From assembly GCA_014905635.1 (NCBI GenBank), contig CM026547.1, positions 744,001 through 808,000 on the forward strand: a DNA stretch of 64,000 nucleotides. The letters run 5' to 3'. Of the stretch, positions 60,725 to 64,000 are shown piece by piece. Position 1 is the stretch's first letter; each line of letters opens with the position of its first letter. This DNA is from Scenedesmus sp. PABB004. Taxonomy: Eukaryota. The position numbers and the translations under genes were made by a program. The notes under the pieces are model-generated. The model worked only from the letters and a program-made list of their open reading frames with translations. It had not been told where the DNA came from and ran no database searches.

Positions 60725-63700
60725 ATGGAGCTGCTGCTGCCGCGGCCGCCGCGACCGCCGGCGGCAGCGGCGGCGGCGCGGCGCGGCTCGCTGCCGCCCG
60801 CGCGCGTGCGTCGGCGCGCGGTGCTGCACCGGGCTGCGGCGCCGGCGGTGGCGGCGCGGCGAGCACGGCGTCGGCGCTGGAGCTGCTGCTGCCCGCGGCG
60901 GAGCAGCAGCTGGCCGCGCTGGCCGCGGCCGCGGGCGCGCTCGTGGCGGCGCCGCTGCGGAGCGGGCCGGCGCTGCTGGAGGCGCTCGCGGCGCTGGAGC
61001 TCGCGCGCGGCAACCTGCTGCGCCCGGCGGGGCACCTCCAGGGCGGCGCGCCCGGCGGCCCCGCTGCCGCGGTGGCGCGCCTGGCGGACCACATTTACCG
61101 GGACGCCGCGCTGCTGGCGGCGCTGCTGGACACGTTCGCGGAGGCGGTCGCGGCGCTGGCCGCCGAGGCGGCGGAGGCGGCGGAGGCGGCGGCGGCGGAC
61201 GGCGCGGCGGGCGGCGCGGCGGGCTCGGCGGTCGTGCTGCCGTGCCTGGATGGGCGGCGCAGCCTCGCGTTCGTGCGGCTGCCGGCCGCGGGCGTCGCGG
61301 CAGCGCCGGCCGCGGTCGGCGCCGCCGCGCGCGCCGCGCAGGCGGCGTGCCGGCAGCTGGCGGGGTCGGCCCCCGGCGGCGGCGCGCCCCCGCCGCTGCG
61401 CGGGGCGGCGGCGCTGCAGGCGGCCCTGCGGGCGCTGGACGGAGCGCTCGCCGCCACGCTGCCGCTCGACGTGTGTTGCGGCGCCAGCAGCGACGGCGAC
61501 GGCGCCAGAGGCTGCAGCAGCACGCTCGAGCACCTGATGGTGTGCCGGCAGCTGCTGGCGAGCTGGCTTGCGCCGCTGGCGGCCGACGCGGGCCACGATG
61601 CGGCGGCCGCAGCGGCGGCAGCAGCAGAGCCCGCGGCGCCGCGGACGGCGCGACGGCAGCTCCAGTGCGCGCTCGTGGTGCTGGCCGCGGTCAGCAGCAG
61701 CAGCGCCGGCGACGGCGCCGTCGCGCCGGCGCTGCTGATGACTCAGGAGCAGGCGGCGGTGCTGGCGCCCCTGCTGCGCGATGCGGGGCTGGACGGCGCG
61801 GCGCGCACGAGCGGCGGCGCAGCGGCGCCGAGCGCGTGGCTGCCGCTGGAGGCCTCTGACGCGCCGCCGCCGGCAGGCGATGCTGCCACGGAGCAGCCGC
61901 GGCGCTGCCCGCTGGTGCGCCAGGGCGCATGCGGCGCCCTGCTGCTGCAAGCGGCAGCGACGCTGCCGCTGGACGACGGCGGCCCAGACGGTGGCGCGCT
62001 CGTCGTGCCGGGCCTTGTCAGCGCCACGGACGCGGCGGCGCAGCTGCTGCAGGCGCCGCCGCCGGGCACGGACGGCGTGCTGGCGGTGCCCGCAGGCGCG
62101 CCGCTGCGGCTGCTGCGGCTGTCGACGGACGTGCTGCAGCTGCTGCTGCGCCAGCACCCGTCGTCGGCAGTGCGGGAGCAGGCCTATCTGGCAGGCCTAC
62201 TGCCCTTGCTGCGCCTGCAGGAGCAGGCGCGTGGCGCGGCGGTGGCGGCAGCCGTCAGCGCCCCGCGCGCTCGCGGCACTCGCTCTCGCTGCCCCGCCGC
62301 CGCGCCGCAGCGGCCGCCGCGCCCGTCGCACCCCACCGAGCGCCGCCCGGCCGCCGCAGGTGCTGGGCGTGGTGCTGGGCCTCCGACGCCGTGTGGCGGC
62401 GGAGCACGGCGCGGCGAGCTACGCCGCGCTGGTGTTGTCCGGCAGCTGCCTGGGCCAGCCGGCCGTGGCGTCGGCGCTGCTGGACCAGCTGCAGCCGGCG
62501 CTGCGAAGCTATGCTGCCGCCGAGCTGGGCGAGCTGCAGGTGCTCGCCGCGCGCCAGGCGCGCGTGGAGGGGCGCCGGGGCGACGCGGCCGGCGAGCTCG
62601 CTGCGTGGGACCTTGAGAGCGCGCAGCGGGCGCTGGTGAGGCGCGGCCGCCGCCGACGCGGCGCGCGCGTGCGCGGCGCGGCGCGGCGCGGCGCGGCGCG
62701 GCCGCCAGGCGGGCGCCCGCGCGCCCACACGACGCCGCTGCGGCGCCGCCGCTGCCCCGCAGGTGCGGCAGGTGACGCAGGTGAACTGGGGCCGGGACTT
62801 CGCGCCGTACTTCACGCTGCCGGGCATATTCACGCGCATTGACGCGCTGCTCTCTGCCGCCTGCGGGCTGCGCCTGCTGCCGGCCGACGCGCCCGAGGCG
62901 CGGCGGCGGCGGCGGCAGCGGCGGCGCGCGCGCGCGCGGGCGCGTGGGGCGCGCACGTGATGCACCTGGCCTTGCTGGACGACACAGGGTGCCCGGCGGA
63001 CGCGGCGCAGCCGCCGCTGCTGGGCCACGTGTTTGTGGAGCTCGTCTCAGGGCTCGGCTTTCCCAGCTGCACCCTGCTGCAGCTGCCGGCCCCGGTGCCT
63101 GCGGCCCAGGGGCCCGCGGCGGCGGCGGCCGCTGCCGTCGCGCCGGGGGCGGTCGTTGTGCGGCTGCCGCTCCCCGCGCCGCCGGCGCTGCTGCGCGTGG
63201 GGCCGGGCGGCGACGCGCAGGCGCCGCTCGCGCTGCCGGGGCCCGCGGCGCTCCAGGCGCTCCTGCACGAGCTCGGGCACGCGCTGTCCTATCTCTGCCC
63301 GCTGCGCACGCTGCGGAGCGCGCTGCGGGGCCAGCCGGCGGCGTCGCCGCGCCCCGGCGCCGGCTGGCTGTTCACCGAGCGCCCCGGCCCGCACGCGCTC
63401 TGCTTGCTCGCGGGGCCGCCGCCCGGCCTCGACGTGCGGGAGCTGAGCTCGCACCTCTTCGAGCACTGGTGCCGCGACCCCGCCTCCCTCGTGGTGCGCC
63501 GCGCGGCGGCGCCGCGCCCCGCGCGCCCGCCGGCGCCCTCGCCGGCCGTGCCCCGCGCGCCCCGCCCGGCGCCCTCGCCGCCGCGCCGGCCGTGCCCCAC
63601 CGCGCCGCGCCGCCGCCTTCCCGCCGGCCCGCCAGCAGGCGCTGAGCTGCCACGCGCGGCTGGGCGTGCCGATCTCGCACCGCGACGCGCGCGAGCTCCC

Positions 63701-64000
63701 GCTCCTGCTGGCCGCGTTTGGCGGGCGCAGCGCGGTGCGGCTGCACAACTCGATCGTCGAGGCGGGGGCCGACCTTTCGCTCCACGCGGGCGCCAGGGCC
63801 TTTGAGCAGAACGGCGCGGCTGATAGTCTTGGCGCGGCGGGCGACGCCGCGGCCGCCGCGGTGGCGGCGGCGCGGGCGGCGGCGCGCGCGCGCGCCCTGC
63901 CCGCCGGCGCGGCGCAGCTCGACGAGGCCGACGAGCTCGCGGCAGCCGGCCCCGTCGGCGGGGCCAAGGCGAGTTACGTCGCCGCCCGCCTGCTCGCGGC
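60725..64000 (+). CDS. Divergent M3-family metallopeptidase (oligopeptidase/MIP-like); 3' end outside window; frame uncertain at two sites
   Basis: ALLHELGHAL (HExxH) followed by LDVRELSSHLFEHWC; upstream AAWDL, FAPYFTL..I, LLGHVFVEL as in M3A peptidases. Confidence 0.65.

Overview
Very GC-rich, gene-dense eukaryotic nuclear DNA with many short (~70-120 nt) spliceosomal introns, most consistent with a chlorophyte green alga of the Sphaeropleales type (inference from GC level, intron style and gene content). Most long ORFs in the supplied track are GC artefacts, so genes were rebuilt by joining exons by eye. In order: 3' end of an unknown gene (+), secreted PKD/Ig-like Pro-rich protein (-), importin-9 (-) with an intronic box C/D snoRNA, ATG14 (+), Yippee-like (+), IDI-like Nudix hydrolase (+), an ~18 kb DNA-PKcs gene (-), F-box/LRR (-), Aha1 N-domain protein (+), F-box-like ORF (+), a 3.5 kb tandem duplication with two bZIP genes (+), PHS1-like kinase-phosphatase (-), epoxide hydrolase (-), DIxGA-repeat/EF-hand protein (-), WRN-type 3'-5' exonuclease (+), ARIADNE RBR ligase (-) and an M3 peptidase (+, runs off the window). 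Top observations: (1) DNA-PKcs begins at an orphan splice acceptor with no recognisable N-terminal exons, suggesting a split, trans-spliced or truncated gene; (2) the snoRNA is predicted to guide 2'-O-methylation of U6 at the A70-equivalent; (3) the bZIP duplicates are near-identical in promoter and DNA-binding domain but have hypervariable patches in the C-terminal domain; (4) GC-AG introns are frequent. All homology calls come from motif recognition, not database searches.
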